A stretch of DNA of 33,094 nt from IMG/VR virus record IMGVR_UViG_3300029338_000016; one strand, 5' to 3'. This document shows, in pieces, positions 7,307-16,544 of the stretch. A model generated the notes under the pieces. That model had not been told where the DNA came from and ran no database searches. It saw only the letters and a program-made list of their open reading frames with translations. Numbering within the stretch: position 1 is the stretch's first letter; each line of letters opens with the position of its first letter. The translations under genes and the position numbers were made by a program. The stretch is from a virus.

Positions 7307-8428
7307 TTATTTCGTAATCTGCCGAATTTGTGTCAGAAGCGCGGGCAAGCTCTCGCCGAAGGTAATATCTATTTCTTCGCCGCTGGTTTCGTAGGTTTCC
7401 GCAATCTCCGTTATGCGAACGTCAATGCGGACGTTCCAGCGCTTATTGATACACGTTACCCGATCGCCTAAATCGTAATCCGTGCCGTACTTCAAATTCG
7501 CGTTCGTGTTGATCTTCGATCCGAAAGCAAGCGTTTCCGCGTATTGCTCCAGCTCTTCAACGCCGCGCGCGGAAAGAAGCGCTAAATACTGCGCCGTTGT
7601 AAGCGTTACGGTCTGCCCGCTCTCGTTTTCGTATTCCTGCACGATGTCCGTTGCATTGATGAAAACTTCGTCGCGGGAAAGCCCCGCCGCGCTTCCTCCG
7701 ACTTCCGCAACCTTCCGCGCAACGCCTTCTTTTTCCTCTCCGCCGATGTAAGCCGTTGTTTTAAGGTTTTCAATACTGTTCGTGTATTCCTGTTCCACGA
7801 TGTTGTCAAATTCCTGTGAAAAGATACAAGGCGCGTTTCCTGCGGCATTTCCCGCCGTAAGGTCGCGCCCTTTGTAAACGGAAAAGGTGTGCTTTCCCGT
7901 CCGTGCGTTTGTTGTAACCCGAATACCCAGCTTCGCCGCCTTCGCCGCCGTTTCCGCCGCAAGCTGGGCGTTCACGTACTGTTCGGAAGTATAGTCGATC
8001 TGCCCGCTTCCGGTGTCTGCGTCGGTCGTGGATATGCTGAAATTCGGGATATTGCGCGCCGCTCCTGCGTTCGTGCAAGTCTGCTTCACAATGGCGTATA
8101 GAATGTTCTGTGTCGTGTCCTTCGTGATGATCTGCGTTGTCAAAATGCGCTTGCCGATCCACGAAAGCAGGAACTTTCCTTGAACCTCTATTTCCTCCAT
8201 GCCCTGTGAATTTTTCGTAATGTGAATATAGCGGATTTCCGCCGCTTCTTTCCCGCCGCGCTTGATGATGATATTTTCCTTCACCAGCAAGCGGGCGTGA
8301 TCCTCCGTGAAGGGAACAAGCAACTTGAATTCGCCGCAACTCCAATAACGCCGCGTCCATATCAAGGACGAAATCTTTTCGACGATCCCTTGAAGTGTCA
8401 TATCACGGCTATAAACGTATAATTCCAC
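7307..8428 (-). CDS. Siphovirus Gp37-like tail-tip protein (Tal position)
   Basis: GTG start giving (M)ELYVYSRDMTLQGIVEKISSLIWTRRYWSCGEFKL, the typical N-terminus of this family. GGGGGTG RBS. The ORF-track extension to 8551 overlaps Dit. Confidence 0.7.
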   Translation of the reverse strand: MELYVYSRDMTLQGIVEKISSLIWTRRYWSCGEFKLLVPFTEDHARLLVKENIIIKRGGKEAAEIRYIHITKNSQGMEEIEVQGKFLLSWIGKRILTTQIITKDTTQNILYAIVKQTCTNAGAARNIPNFSISTTDADTGSGQIDYTSEQYVNAQLAAETAAKAAKLGIRVTTNARTGKHTFSVYKGRDLTAGNAAGNAPCIFSQEFDNIVEQEYTNSIENLKTTAYIGGEEKEGVARKVAEVGGSAAGLSRDEVFINATDIVQEYENESGQTVTLTTAQYLALLSARGVEELEQYAETLAFGSKINTNANLKYGTDYDLGDRVTCINKRWNVRIDVRITEIAETYETSGEEIDITFGESLPALLTQIRQITK

Positions 8429-8432
8429 CGCG

Positions 8433-9320
8433 CTACACCCCCAAATACAAGTTATTGTGATAGATCGAAACTTCGAGATTTTCGGCGTTCGCGTCCGCTG
8501 AATAACGGAAGAGATTGTCGCCCACGGCGATCTGCAAATACGAACTATCAACGTCGAGATAGCGGAACGCGTCAGTAATTACGCCGCCACGGTTCAGCTT
8601 CACGGCTTTTTCACCGTAGCCCGTGGAAACGGTTAAAACGTCGCCCGCTACAAGCGAAATATTCAGCTTGATAAACTCCCGTGTATCGACGTTCAGCAAT
8701 ACGGGATTTGTAACCGCGCCGATCGCGCGGAACTCGATCCGGATACCGCTTTTCACGTCGCCGGAATTGTAGACGTTCACAATCAGCGACGGCTGGCGAT
8801 AGCCGATTTCCCACCCGTCGTAAAGCTCCAGCCCGTCCGGAACTGGAAATTCAAAGCCGCCGATCCACGTTGCTATGTCCTCGCGTGTTTCCGTTTCCTC
8901 TCTCCAAAAAGGATTAAGGCACGAAAGATTGACCGTGAATTGCTCGAAGATCGGCTTCCGTTTGAAGATCGGCGCGTCGTCGATTTTGCACCCGATCACC
9001 CGCCGGAAGTCGCCGAAAACATACGTCAACGTTGCTTCGTACTGCGGATTTAATATGCGGTTCAGTTTCCGGCGTAGGTTCTGCGCCGCTTGCTTGTCCC
9101 GCTCCTTGATGTAACCCACGATGTCAATATCGCGGCTTTCGATCCGATACCCCAAGTACGTGTCGCCGTCCTGCCCCATGCTGTTTGTACTATAAATAGC
9201 GTTCCGCACGTCGGAAAGTCCGGTAACGTCCTTGAAGTTTACGTGATACGAAGAAGCGGGGGAAAACTCTATGCTTTCCCCGCGCTCGTTCGTGTAAATC
9301 AATTTTTCTTGCGTCCTCAT
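8433..9320 (-). CDS. Distal tail protein (Dit, siphovirus tail component family)
   Basis: Lies immediately after the tape measure gene. N-terminus LIYTNERGESIEFS...YHVNFKDVTGL is typical of the family. Confidence 0.8.
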   Translation of the reverse strand: MRTQEKLIYTNERGESIEFSPASSYHVNFKDVTGLSDVRNAIYSTNSMGQDGDTYLGYRIESRDIDIVGYIKERDKQAAQNLRRKLNRILNPQYEATLTYVFGDFRRVIGCKIDDAPIFKRKPIFEQFTVNLSCLNPFWREETETREDIATWIGGFEFPVPDGLELYDGWEIGYRQPSLIVNVYNSGDVKSGIRIEFRAIGAVTNPVLLNVDTREFIKLNISLVAGDVLTVSTGYGEKAVKLNRGGVITDAFRYLDVDSSYLQIAVGDNLFRYSADANAENLEVSIYHNNLYLGV

Positions 9321-12300
9321 GCCATAACCTCCCGCGCGATCTGCCGGAACTGCCGCGCCGCCTGTCTTTGCTGTTCGGCGTAGCTCGTTTCGTTTGCATA
9401 GATGTTTTGCACGACTTCAACGGAAGGCGTACTGCCGCCGCGCTTGTCGCGCCCCTCTTCGGAACGGAATTCGGGAACGGCGTTCGATGTTTCACGGCGG
9501 ATCGTGCTTTCAACGTCGCGCATTTCGCGGGCGAAGCCCTCGCCCAAGCCCTGCGCCATGTAAGAGCCGATACGGGCAAAAACCTTCGACGGGGAATTGA
9601 TTTGCATTTCTGCTTCAACTGCCGCCACGATCTCTCTCATCATTGACCGCACTTTGCTTTCCAGCCAGCCGGACATATTTTGAAAGCCCCGCCAAATGCC
9701 GCGCACCATCTCTTCGCCCGCCGCCGTGAACTCCGATACGTAAGAGCGAAGGGCGGTAATAATGGGCTGAATGATTTGTGCAACCTTGCCCGTGATCTGC
9801 GGGATACCCGCGATCATGCCTTGCGCTATGCTCTTGTCGATGTTCGTTCCTTCGGTTACGAACTTTTGATGTTGCGCCGTGAATGCGGTAATAATGCTTT
9901 GTACGATCTGCGGGATTTTCTGCGTGATCTGCACGATCGCCGTTACCATTCCGGAAGCTATGTTCTTGTCGAAGTCCTGTCCGGCTTGATTGAAACGCTG
10001 TGCTTGCGCCGTCAATCCGGTAATAACCCGCTCGACGATCGCGTTCACCGCTCCGGACAATCCTTCAATGTTCGCAATAATACCGTTGTTCACGGCGTTT
10101 ACTGCTTCCGCCGCCGTCAGCGCGCCCGCGCCGCCCATTGCGGCGGTCATATCGCCTTCAACGCCGCCCATGTTGTCGGTGAAGCCTACGCCCACGCCGT
10201 CCGCCATATTGCCGCCGATTTCGGCGAATACCGTTGACGGGGAATGAATGCCGAAGAAGTCCTTGATACCCGAAACAAGGGACGAAGCCCAGCCGGATAC
10301 CTTTTCCCACAACCACGAAGCCGCGCCGCTGATACCTTCCCACAAGCCGTGAAGAAGGTTTGCGCCCGCGTTTATCATTTCGCCGCCCAGCGACGCGAAC
10401 GCTTGCACAATGCCGGAAACAATCTGCGGAACTGCCTTCGCAATTTCAACTATGATCGTCGGCAAATTCTGAATGAGCGCCACAAAAAGCTGAACGCCCG
10501 CCATAATGATTTGGTCGATATTCCCGATCAGCGCGTTTACAATACTGCTGATTATCTGCGGGATCGCTTGAACGATCGTCACGATGATTTCCGGCAACGC
10601 CTGTATGAGCGCGACAAGAAGATCAATTCCCGCTTGAATGATAAGCGGTATATTCTCCGTAAGTGCCGTTATAATCCCGTCTATGATCTGTGGGATCGCT
10701 TCTACGATTGCGGCTATAATTTCCGGAAGGGCGGTAACAAGCGCCGTCAGAAGGTCGATACCCGCTTGAATGATCTGCGGGATCGCCGATAGCAACCCGT
10801 CGATAAGGCTTGAAATTACTTGCGGAAGCGCGGCAACAATAACCGGTATCGCGTTTATAATTCCTTGCGCCAGCCCTGTTATAAGCTGTAATGCTGCGTC
10901 GATCAGCAACGGGATATTGTCGATCAGCGTTTGCACGATTTTCATTATAACGTCAACGGCGGTCGGAACAAGCGTCGGAAGGGCTTTTGCAATTCCCGTC
11001 GCAAGCTCCAAAATTAACTGCGCCGCCGCTTCAACAAGCAACGGCAAGTTTTCAATCAGCGTGTCAACAACCGTCATAACCGCCTCAACGATAACGGGGA
11101 TCAACTCCGGAATAAGCGATAGAAGCGTTGACAATATCGACTTGAATAGATCGACAACCGCCGTTAATATCGTCGGAAGCAGTTTGCCGACATTCTCCGC
11201 AACGCCGTTTAATAGCGTCGGAAGTGCCTTCACGATGTTTTGCACAACTGGCGTTATATTGTCGATTACGCATCCTAAATATTCCGCTACGTCGTCAACC
11301 AGCTTTTGAATATCCGCGTCCGCGTTGCCAAGCCCCGTAATAAGGTTTGACCATGCGGCGGAAAGCGAATTCATAGAGCCTTGAATTGTTTTCGTCGCTT
11401 CCTCCGCCGTTGTTCCTGTCACGCCCATTTGATCCTGTATTTCGTGAATAGCAAGGATCATTTGGTCGAAGGAAACATTATCAAGGCTTGTGATCTTCTC
11501 TTCAAGAATGCCGCTGTCATTGATAAGCCGGATCATTTCGGATTGCGTACCGCCGTAACCCAGCTTTAAGTTATCCAGCATTGTGTAATTCTGCTTCGCG
11601 AAGCCTTGATACGCGTTTTGAATGGCGGAAATGTCTGTCCCCATCTTGTTTGCGTTGTCCGACATATCCGTAATAGCAAGATCGGCAAGTTTCGCCGCCT
11701 TTTCAGTATCGCCGCCCAAGCCGGATACAAGCGCGGCGGAAAAGCTCGTTACGGTTTCCATGTAGTCGTTTGCCGAAAGTCCCGCCGTTCGGAAGGCGTT
11801 GTCAGCGTTTGAAAGCGTCGTTTCCTGCGCGGAAATAAGTTTGTCATATTCTGCGCGGGCTTCGTCAACGCTCTTCCCGACGCTTTTTGCGTATTCCTCC
11901 AGCGATTTTCCGCCCGCTCCGAATAGTGTTTCAACGCCGCCGACAAGCTGTTCATAATCTCCAAAGCTTTCAACAACCGCCGTTCCCAGCTTGTATGCAA
12001 CCGCGCCAGCGGCGGCGGCAATCGTAGCAAGCCCCACGGCGAATGCTTTTGCGCCTGTCGCAACTGCGCTTCCGACGCTCTCCCAGCTTATTTTTGATTT
12101 CTTCAAGCTGTCGTCGATCTTGTCAATTTGGTTCTTTGTGCTTTTCATTTCTGCGGTACATTCGTTCAAACTCCGCTTCAATTCAAGCGCTTCGTTGGAA
12201 TTCTCGCCGTATTCAACCGTTGCCGATCTGTACGCCTTTTCCAACGCTTCAACCTTTTTTTGCTGTTCTGCGAATACCTGTTTCAGAACTTCTTGTTTTG

Positions 12301-12805
12301 CTTTCAGCGCTTGCGCGCTATCTCCGTTGTTCTCATACTCCGCCGAAACAACCTTCATTTCGGAAGCAAGAAGCCCTAATTGTTTATCCACGTTCGCGGC
12401 TTCTGCGGCGAATTGCTCCGACGCTGGCGTGGTCTTGTTCAAACTCGCGGTTATTCCGTCAATCTCCGCTTGTGTTTTAACCATTTCCGCCTTCGTGTTG
12501 TTTAGGTTTGTTTGCATTTTCTGAAAAGCCGTGCTTGTCGGATCAACGCCCGCCGCGCGCATTTTCTCCAATGCCGCTTCCGCCGCCGCCGCTTTTTTCG
12601 CCTGTTCGTCAAGCGACTTTTGCAAAACCTCCTGCTTCTTTGTCAGCGCTTCCGTACTGTCCGCATTTCCGGCGAATTCCGCCGTAATCAGTTTCATTTC
12701 TGAACCGATTTCGCGTAGGGAAGAATTTATTGCTTTGCAAGCGTTTCTATACTCTCTTTCGCCAGTAAGGCCGATTGATGTTTCGATCTGCTCTTCTTTC
12801 GCCAT
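9317..12805 (-). CDS. Tape measure protein (1162 aa)
   Basis: Size, position after the G/GT chaperone, and N-terminal coiled coil. Internal tandem ~44-aa repeats (ALPEIIAAIVEAIPQIIDGIITAL...) at about 10400-11230. Confidence 0.92.
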   Translation of the reverse strand: MAKEEQIETSIGLTGEREYRNACKAINSSLREIGSEMKLITAEFAGNADSTEALTKKQEVLQKSLDEQAKKAAAAEAALEKMRAAGVDPTSTAFQKMQTNLNNTKAEMVKTQAEIDGITASLNKTTPASEQFAAEAANVDKQLGLLASEMKVVSAEYENNGDSAQALKAKQEVLKQVFAEQQKKVEALEKAYRSATVEYGENSNEALELKRSLNECTAEMKSTKNQIDKIDDSLKKSKISWESVGSAVATGAKAFAVGLATIAAAAGAVAYKLGTAVVESFGDYEQLVGGVETLFGAGGKSLEEYAKSVGKSVDEARAEYDKLISAQETTLSNADNAFRTAGLSANDYMETVTSFSAALVSGLGGDTEKAAKLADLAITDMSDNANKMGTDISAIQNAYQGFAKQNYTMLDNLKLGYGGTQSEMIRLINDSGILEEKITSLDNVSFDQMILAIHEIQDQMGVTGTTAEEATKTIQGSMNSLSAAWSNLITGLGNADADIQKLVDDVAEYLGCVIDNITPVVQNIVKALPTLLNGVAENVGKLLPTILTAVVDLFKSILSTLLSLIPELIPVIVEAVMTVVDTLIENLPLLVEAAAQLILELATGIAKALPTLVPTAVDVIMKIVQTLIDNIPLLIDAALQLITGLAQGIINAIPVIVAALPQVISSLIDGLLSAIPQIIQAGIDLLTALVTALPEIIAAIVEAIPQIIDGIITALTENIPLIIQAGIDLLVALIQALPEIIVTIVQAIPQIISSIVNALIGNIDQIIMAGVQLFVALIQNLPTIIVEIAKAVPQIVSGIVQAFASLGGEMINAGANLLHGLWEGISGAASWLWEKVSGWASSLVSGIKDFFGIHSPSTVFAEIGGNMADGVGVGFTDNMGGVEGDMTAAMGGAGALTAAEAVNAVNNGIIANIEGLSGAVNAIVERVITGLTAQAQRFNQAGQDFDKNIASGMVTAIVQITQKIPQIVQSIITAFTAQHQKFVTEGTNIDKSIAQGMIAGIPQITGKVAQIIQPIITALRSYVSEFTAAGEEMVRGIWRGFQNMSGWLESKVRSMMREIVAAVEAEMQINSPSKVFARIGSYMAQGLGEGFAREMRDVESTIRRETSNAVPEFRSEEGRDKRGGSTPSVEVVQNIYANETSYAEQQRQAARQFRQIAREVMA

Positions 12806-13015
12806 TTATATCCCCCCTAACACGTCGTCGATGTCAACTTCCTTCGGATCGGGCTTAAAACGATCCGGATTGAATTCACGATGGATTTTGAAAAGCGTCA
12901 AAATTTTATACGGTGTCATGCGCCATACTTCGGCTTCGCTCCACCGCAAAAGCGTTACGCCGATATAAAGAAGGCGGGCAAGGTCTATTATTCCTTGCCC
13001 GCCGTCGCGTTTTTT
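12806..13015 (-). CDS. gpT-like extension, reached by -1 frameshifting from the chaperone gene (G-T fusion product)
   Basis: The -1 frame after A_AAA_AAC is open to TAA at 12806. It reads KKRDGGQGIIDLARLLYIGVTLLRWSEAEVWRMTPYKILTLFKIHREFNPDRFKPDPKEVDIDDVLGGI and has no start codon of its own. Confidence 0.75.
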   Translation of the reverse strand, partial: KKRDGGQGIIDLARLLYIGVTLLRWSEAEVWRMTPYKILTLFKIHREFNPDRFKPDPKEVDIDDVLGGI

Positions 13016-13371
13016 CCGTCGTCCTCTTCGTCGTCCTCTTCGTCCCTTTCGGGCGGTTCGGTCGTTCCGGTATTGCCAAGTGTGAACGACTTAAAGATCG
13101 CCGTTTTCACTTCGGCAAAATTGCCCGTATGAATGAGCTTGCCCACCTGTTTTTCGGTAAGCGGTTCTTCGTCGTCCTCTGCACCCTCGTTCAAAAGCAC
13201 GGTCAAAAGCCAGCGAAGATTTTTAATGCTGTCCTTTCCGGAAAGCACGGTATCAAGGCGATCAAAGCCGCCGAATTTATCCTGCATTTCGTCGATCGCG
13301 TTCAAACTGAAAAGAAGGTGTCTTTCCTTGTCCAGTACGATCGGGAAGCGTCCGTCTTTAATTGCACTCAT
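12988..13371 (-). CDS. Tail assembly chaperone (gpG-like)
   Basis: Position between the major tail and tape measure genes. Acidic C-terminus. A slippery site lies near the 3' end. Confidence 0.8.
   Translation of the reverse strand: MSAIKDGRFPIVLDKERHLLFSLNAIDEMQDKFGGFDRLDTVLSGKDSIKNLRWLLTVLLNEGAEDDEEPLTEKQVGKLIHTGNFAEVKTAIFKSFTLGNTGTTEPPERDEEDDEEDDGKNATAGKE
13009..13015 (-). promoter_or_regulatory. Programmed -1 ribosomal frameshift heptamer A_AAA_AAC
   Basis: Frame-0 codons are GGA AAA AAC, which fits the X_XXY_YYZ pattern. This is the conserved G/GT arrangement of tailed phages. Confidence 0.75.
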
Positions 13372-13429
13372 AACAGAATAAGGCGGGAAGCCTTTTCAAG
13401 CTCCCCGCCGTTCCTCCTTTCAATTTCGA

Positions 13430-13990
13430 TCAGCCGCCCGCGTTATTCGGTTCGCGAACGGTAGTAAACCAAGCCGCCGCCACGCTGTTCGTAGGCTCTG
13501 CGACGTGTTCAGCCTTCCACAAGCCGTCGGAACGCTTGATGAACTGCCCGACGATCTCCGGCGTGGTAAATTCGATACTGTCGCCCTTCGTGGTATAGTT
13601 TTCGTCCGGAACGGCAAACTTGACTTTGTAAAGCCAAATGTACTTGTACGTTCCGCCCGCTTTCTTCGCGCGGAAGCCGATTGCGAAATACGGCGCTTCG
13701 TCTGTGTCTGCACCGTAGACAACCTTGTCCGCGTCCTGCTTCTGCCCAAGCAGGGCGGCAAAGTCAGCCGGAAGAAGATCGTTCACGTTCAGCGTAATTT
13801 CTCCGGAAACGAATTCTTTTACAACTTCGTCCGCGCCGTCGTCGGCATAAAGGATCGCTTCGGCTACTTCCACGGAAAGCTCCGCCGAAATCGCCTTCGC
13901 CATACGTACTGGCGTTCCATATTCCTCCGCGCCGTCCGTGCCGATCGTAATAGGCGCGCGATAGAGATCGCGCAATCCGATTGTTGCCAT
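13430..13990 (-). CDS. Major tail protein
   Basis: MATIGLRDLYRAPITIG... N-terminus is typical of phi13-type major tail proteins. ggaggt RBS. Position. Confidence 0.85.
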   Translation of the reverse strand: MATIGLRDLYRAPITIGTDGAEEYGTPVRMAKAISAELSVEVAEAILYADDGADEVVKEFVSGEITLNVNDLLPADFAALLGQKQDADKVVYGADTDEAPYFAIGFRAKKAGGTYKYIWLYKVKFAVPDENYTTKGDSIEFTTPEIVGQFIKRSDGLWKAEHVAEPTNSVAAAWFTTVREPNNAGG

Positions 13991-13993
13991 TTG

Positions 13994-14323
13994 TCATACC
14001 TCCATATACTTGATTTGCACGGTAATATGATAATACCCCGTGTCTTGCTCGAACGTTTCTGCGTCTATCGTCCAGCCGTAGAAATCCGCCGCTTTTAGCG
14101 CCGCTTTCATTTGCTGGAGAATTGCGAAATAGTCCGTCTTTGAATAAATGTGAATTTGATACGTGTATTCCTGCGCGTCCTCTTCATCATCTGAAAAGAA
14201 CGTGTCGCGTCCCACGACAAGCTGATAGACGATAAAGCAATCCGCCCTCCCGCCGTATTTCAGACGTTCGACGGGAACGCCCAGCTTGTCAAGCAACGCT
14301 TTCAAAATGCTGTCAACGTTCAT
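13994..14323 (-). CDS. Tail completion or terminator-type head-tail joining protein (called by position)
   Basis: 109 aa, between the gp10-like and major tail genes. gggaggg RBS. Confidence 0.55.
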   Translation of the reverse strand: MNVDSILKALLDKLGVPVERLKYGGRADCFIVYQLVVGRDTFFSDDEEDAQEYTYQIHIYSKTDYFAILQQMKAALKAADFYGWTIDAETFEQDTGYYHITVQIKYMEV

Positions 14324-14726
14324 TTTGCTTTCCCTCCCATACGCGGCGCATAGCTGATATTGCGTTGCCCGCCGCGCTTTCGTTCGCTGTCGTGAACCAC
14401 GGACGCGCGGGCATATTAGAACGCCCGTAATTCAGCACGAAGCCTTTTTCCGCGTTGCGTACACCGTGCCGATCTTTTCCCGTCGGCGCAATCTCGATGT
14501 ATTTTCCGCCGTTACGCTCCTTTACTGCCGATACCTTGATCGAAGCAGTTAGCGCGCCCGTGCTTCTGCCCGTGCTGTTTAGTTTTGACGTTTCCGCTTG
14601 AAACGCGCCTTTCATCACTTCGCCGCCAGCTTCTAACATTTCCGGAACTGCTGCCACCGCGATCGCTTCTTGCCGAAGCAAGGCTTCTTGTACGTCGTCA
14701 AGCCCCGTTATGGTGAATTTAGCCAT
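14313..14726 (-). CDS. HK97 gp10-family tail component
   Basis: MAKFTITGLDDV...NYGRSNMPARPWF motif. Start trimmed to the ATG at 14726. Confidence 0.8.
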   Translation of the reverse strand: MAKFTITGLDDVQEALLRQEAIAVAAVPEMLEAGGEVMKGAFQAETSKLNSTGRSTGALTASIKVSAVKERNGGKYIEIAPTGKDRHGVRNAEKGFVLNYGRSNMPARPWFTTANESAAGNAISAMRRVWEGKQNER

Positions 14727-15066
14727 CGCCGCCGCCCCCTTCCGCTTCCGGAAGATCAACCAGCGTCAATTCTGTAAATTCCCCGTTGCCGTGTAAATAC
14801 GTTCTGTGTACGCGGTATCGCTTCCCGCTCGAAACGGGATATTCCACGATCTGCTGTTCCTCATACTCGAAGGAATGAACGTCAAACTTCAACGTCGCTT
14901 TGTACCCTGCGTTCTGCGCTTCGTAAAACTCTGTGTGTCCTACGGATTTTTTGTCGGCGAAAACCGTTGTCGCAGTTTCTGTACGGGCGACGGGGAAGCC
15001 GTGTTCGTTCGTGCGCGGCGAAGGATCAGACAGCGCGATCAAGGTTATTTGTTCGCCCCATCTCAT
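14719..15066 (-). CDS. Head closure / head-tail adaptor protein
   Basis: MRWGEQITLI... with typical size and position. Start trimmed to the ATG at 15066. Confidence 0.75.
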   Translation of the reverse strand: MRWGEQITLIALSDPSPRTNEHGFPVARTETATTVFADKKSVGHTEFYEAQNAGYKATLKFDVHSFEYEEQQIVEYPVSSGKRYRVHRTYLHGNGEFTELTLVDLPEAEGGGGDG

Positions 15067-15365
15067 TCCGTCGCCACCTCGCCTTCGATATAATCCGCCG
15101 CCAGCGATAGCGCGCATTTCAAATAGTCGTATGCGTTGCGGTAGCGCTCCGCGTCGTCATTGAAGCCGAATTCCGCCTTTGCATAAAGCACAACCGCCCG
15201 ATCAAGAAGGGGATCGCCCAGCGTTTTACTGGACGATCCCGCTTCCGCCGGAATGTTGATACCGACAAGGCGAAGATCGGCAATCGCCGCGTTTATGAGA
15301 TCGGAAACTTCGCCGTCAAGCGCCGTCCCGCTCAACCGCAACGCCAGCTTTACCTTGTCAAGCAT
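15063..15365 (-). CDS. gp6-like head-tail connector protein
   Basis: MLDKVKLALRLSGTALDGEVSDLINAAIADL is typical of the family. Lies directly after the capsid gene. Confidence 0.8.
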   Translation of the reverse strand: MLDKVKLALRLSGTALDGEVSDLINAAIADLRLVGINIPAEAGSSSKTLGDPLLDRAVVLYAKAEFGFNDDAERYRNAYDYLKCALSLAADYIEGEVATE

Positions 15366-15382
15366 TTGTCAGCCCTCCCGCT

Positions 15383-16540
15383 TTAGGCGGTCGCCTTGAC
15401 CAGCTTCACGATGGCTTCGCCGATAGCGGGCGCGCAATCGAAGATCGCAATACCGCTATACTTGTAGCTGTTCGTGTCGATGTCGTATGCGCTCTTTACG
15501 CCGATATTTTCAGCAAGGTTCGCGCAAACCTTCTTGAAGTCGCCCAAGAAGGCTTCGTGATCCGCTACGTAATCAGACAGAAGAACGGGATAGCCGTACA
15601 CGAAGTACGCGTTGTTCTGAACGGTTACAATGTGGTTCTTGCTGTTGTCCTGCAACGGCATAAAGTCGGTGAACAAGGTTTTCTTGTTCATAACGAACTT
15701 GCCGTTGCGGTCGTAGCCGGAAGGCAGAAGCCCGATCAGCGTCTGGACGTTTGCGGCGGAAAGTGCGCCCGTCTTTGTAACGGTAACGCTGTTTGTCGCG
15801 TCCCAAGTGTTCGCCTTGTCAATGCCCTTCGGCTGGGAAGAACCCGTGCCGTTGATAAGCAAATCTTCGACTTTGCGGGCGATAGCTTCCGCCAGCATAT
15901 CGACGATCCAGCTTTCAAACGCGGAAATGCTCATAGTCATTACCGTATCGGAAATCTGAACCAGCTTGACGATTTCATAGCCGGAAAGGGAAACGGTGGT
16001 CAGCGTGTCAGCGGCGGCGGTAATGCTTGCGTTCTCGGTGTGGATCGCGGCGGCGTTGTTCGTGCCTTCGATCGCGAACTTTACAGCGCCCTTGACGTGC
16101 AGAAGTGTAACTTCGTTCAGCATGGGCGCAAGTTTCTTCACCTTGCTAATGATCTCGTTTGCGGTCTGTGTCGGGATAACCTCTGCGCCCGCTCCGCTGG
16201 CGTTGCTGAATGCGCGCTTCTCTGCGTCGTTCAGCGGAAGGCGGCGAAGGTTTTTCAGCCACGCGGAACGATATTCGGGCGTACCGAAGGGATCGTCGGG
16301 CGTGTTGTTCTCGCCGTTGTTCTGCTGGAAGGAACGGGAAACAATGCCCGCACCCTTCGCGATATTGTCAAGAATGCCGTTGCGCTTCTCTGCGGCGGCA
16401 ATCAGTCCAGCGCGCTCTTCGGTAAGCTGTGCGGTTTCCTGCTCCAGCGCGTTGATTTCCTCGGCGGTCATGCTCTCGCCACGGGCTTCAATGTCCTGCT
16501 TGATAGCCGCAAGACGGGCTTCAATCTCTTTAATTCTCAT
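15383..16540 (-). CDS. Major capsid protein, HK97 fold, with an N-terminal coiled-coil delta domain
   Basis: Size, position after the protease, and N-terminal MRIKEIEARLAAIKQDIEARG scaffold-like domain. Confidence 0.9.
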   Translation of the reverse strand: MRIKEIEARLAAIKQDIEARGESMTAEEINALEQETAQLTEERAGLIAAAEKRNGILDNIAKGAGIVSRSFQQNNGENNTPDDPFGTPEYRSAWLKNLRRLPLNDAEKRAFSNASGAGAEVIPTQTANEIISKVKKLAPMLNEVTLLHVKGAVKFAIEGTNNAAAIHTENASITAAADTLTTVSLSGYEIVKLVQISDTVMTMSISAFESWIVDMLAEAIARKVEDLLINGTGSSQPKGIDKANTWDATNSVTVTKTGALSAANVQTLIGLLPSGYDRNGKFVMNKKTLFTDFMPLQDNSKNHIVTVQNNAYFVYGYPVLLSDYVADHEAFLGDFKKVCANLAENIGVKSAYDIDTNSYKYSGIAIFDCAPAIGEAIVKLVKATA

Positions 16541-16544
16541 TGTG

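Noticed and set aside
13010-13060. Low-complexity acidic run (EEDDEEDD) and the apparent nucleotide repeat gtcctcttcgtcgtcctcttcgtcc.
   Set aside because: This is the normal acidic C-terminal tail of gpG-type chaperones. The short nucleotide periodicity simply reflects repeated GAA/GAC codons.
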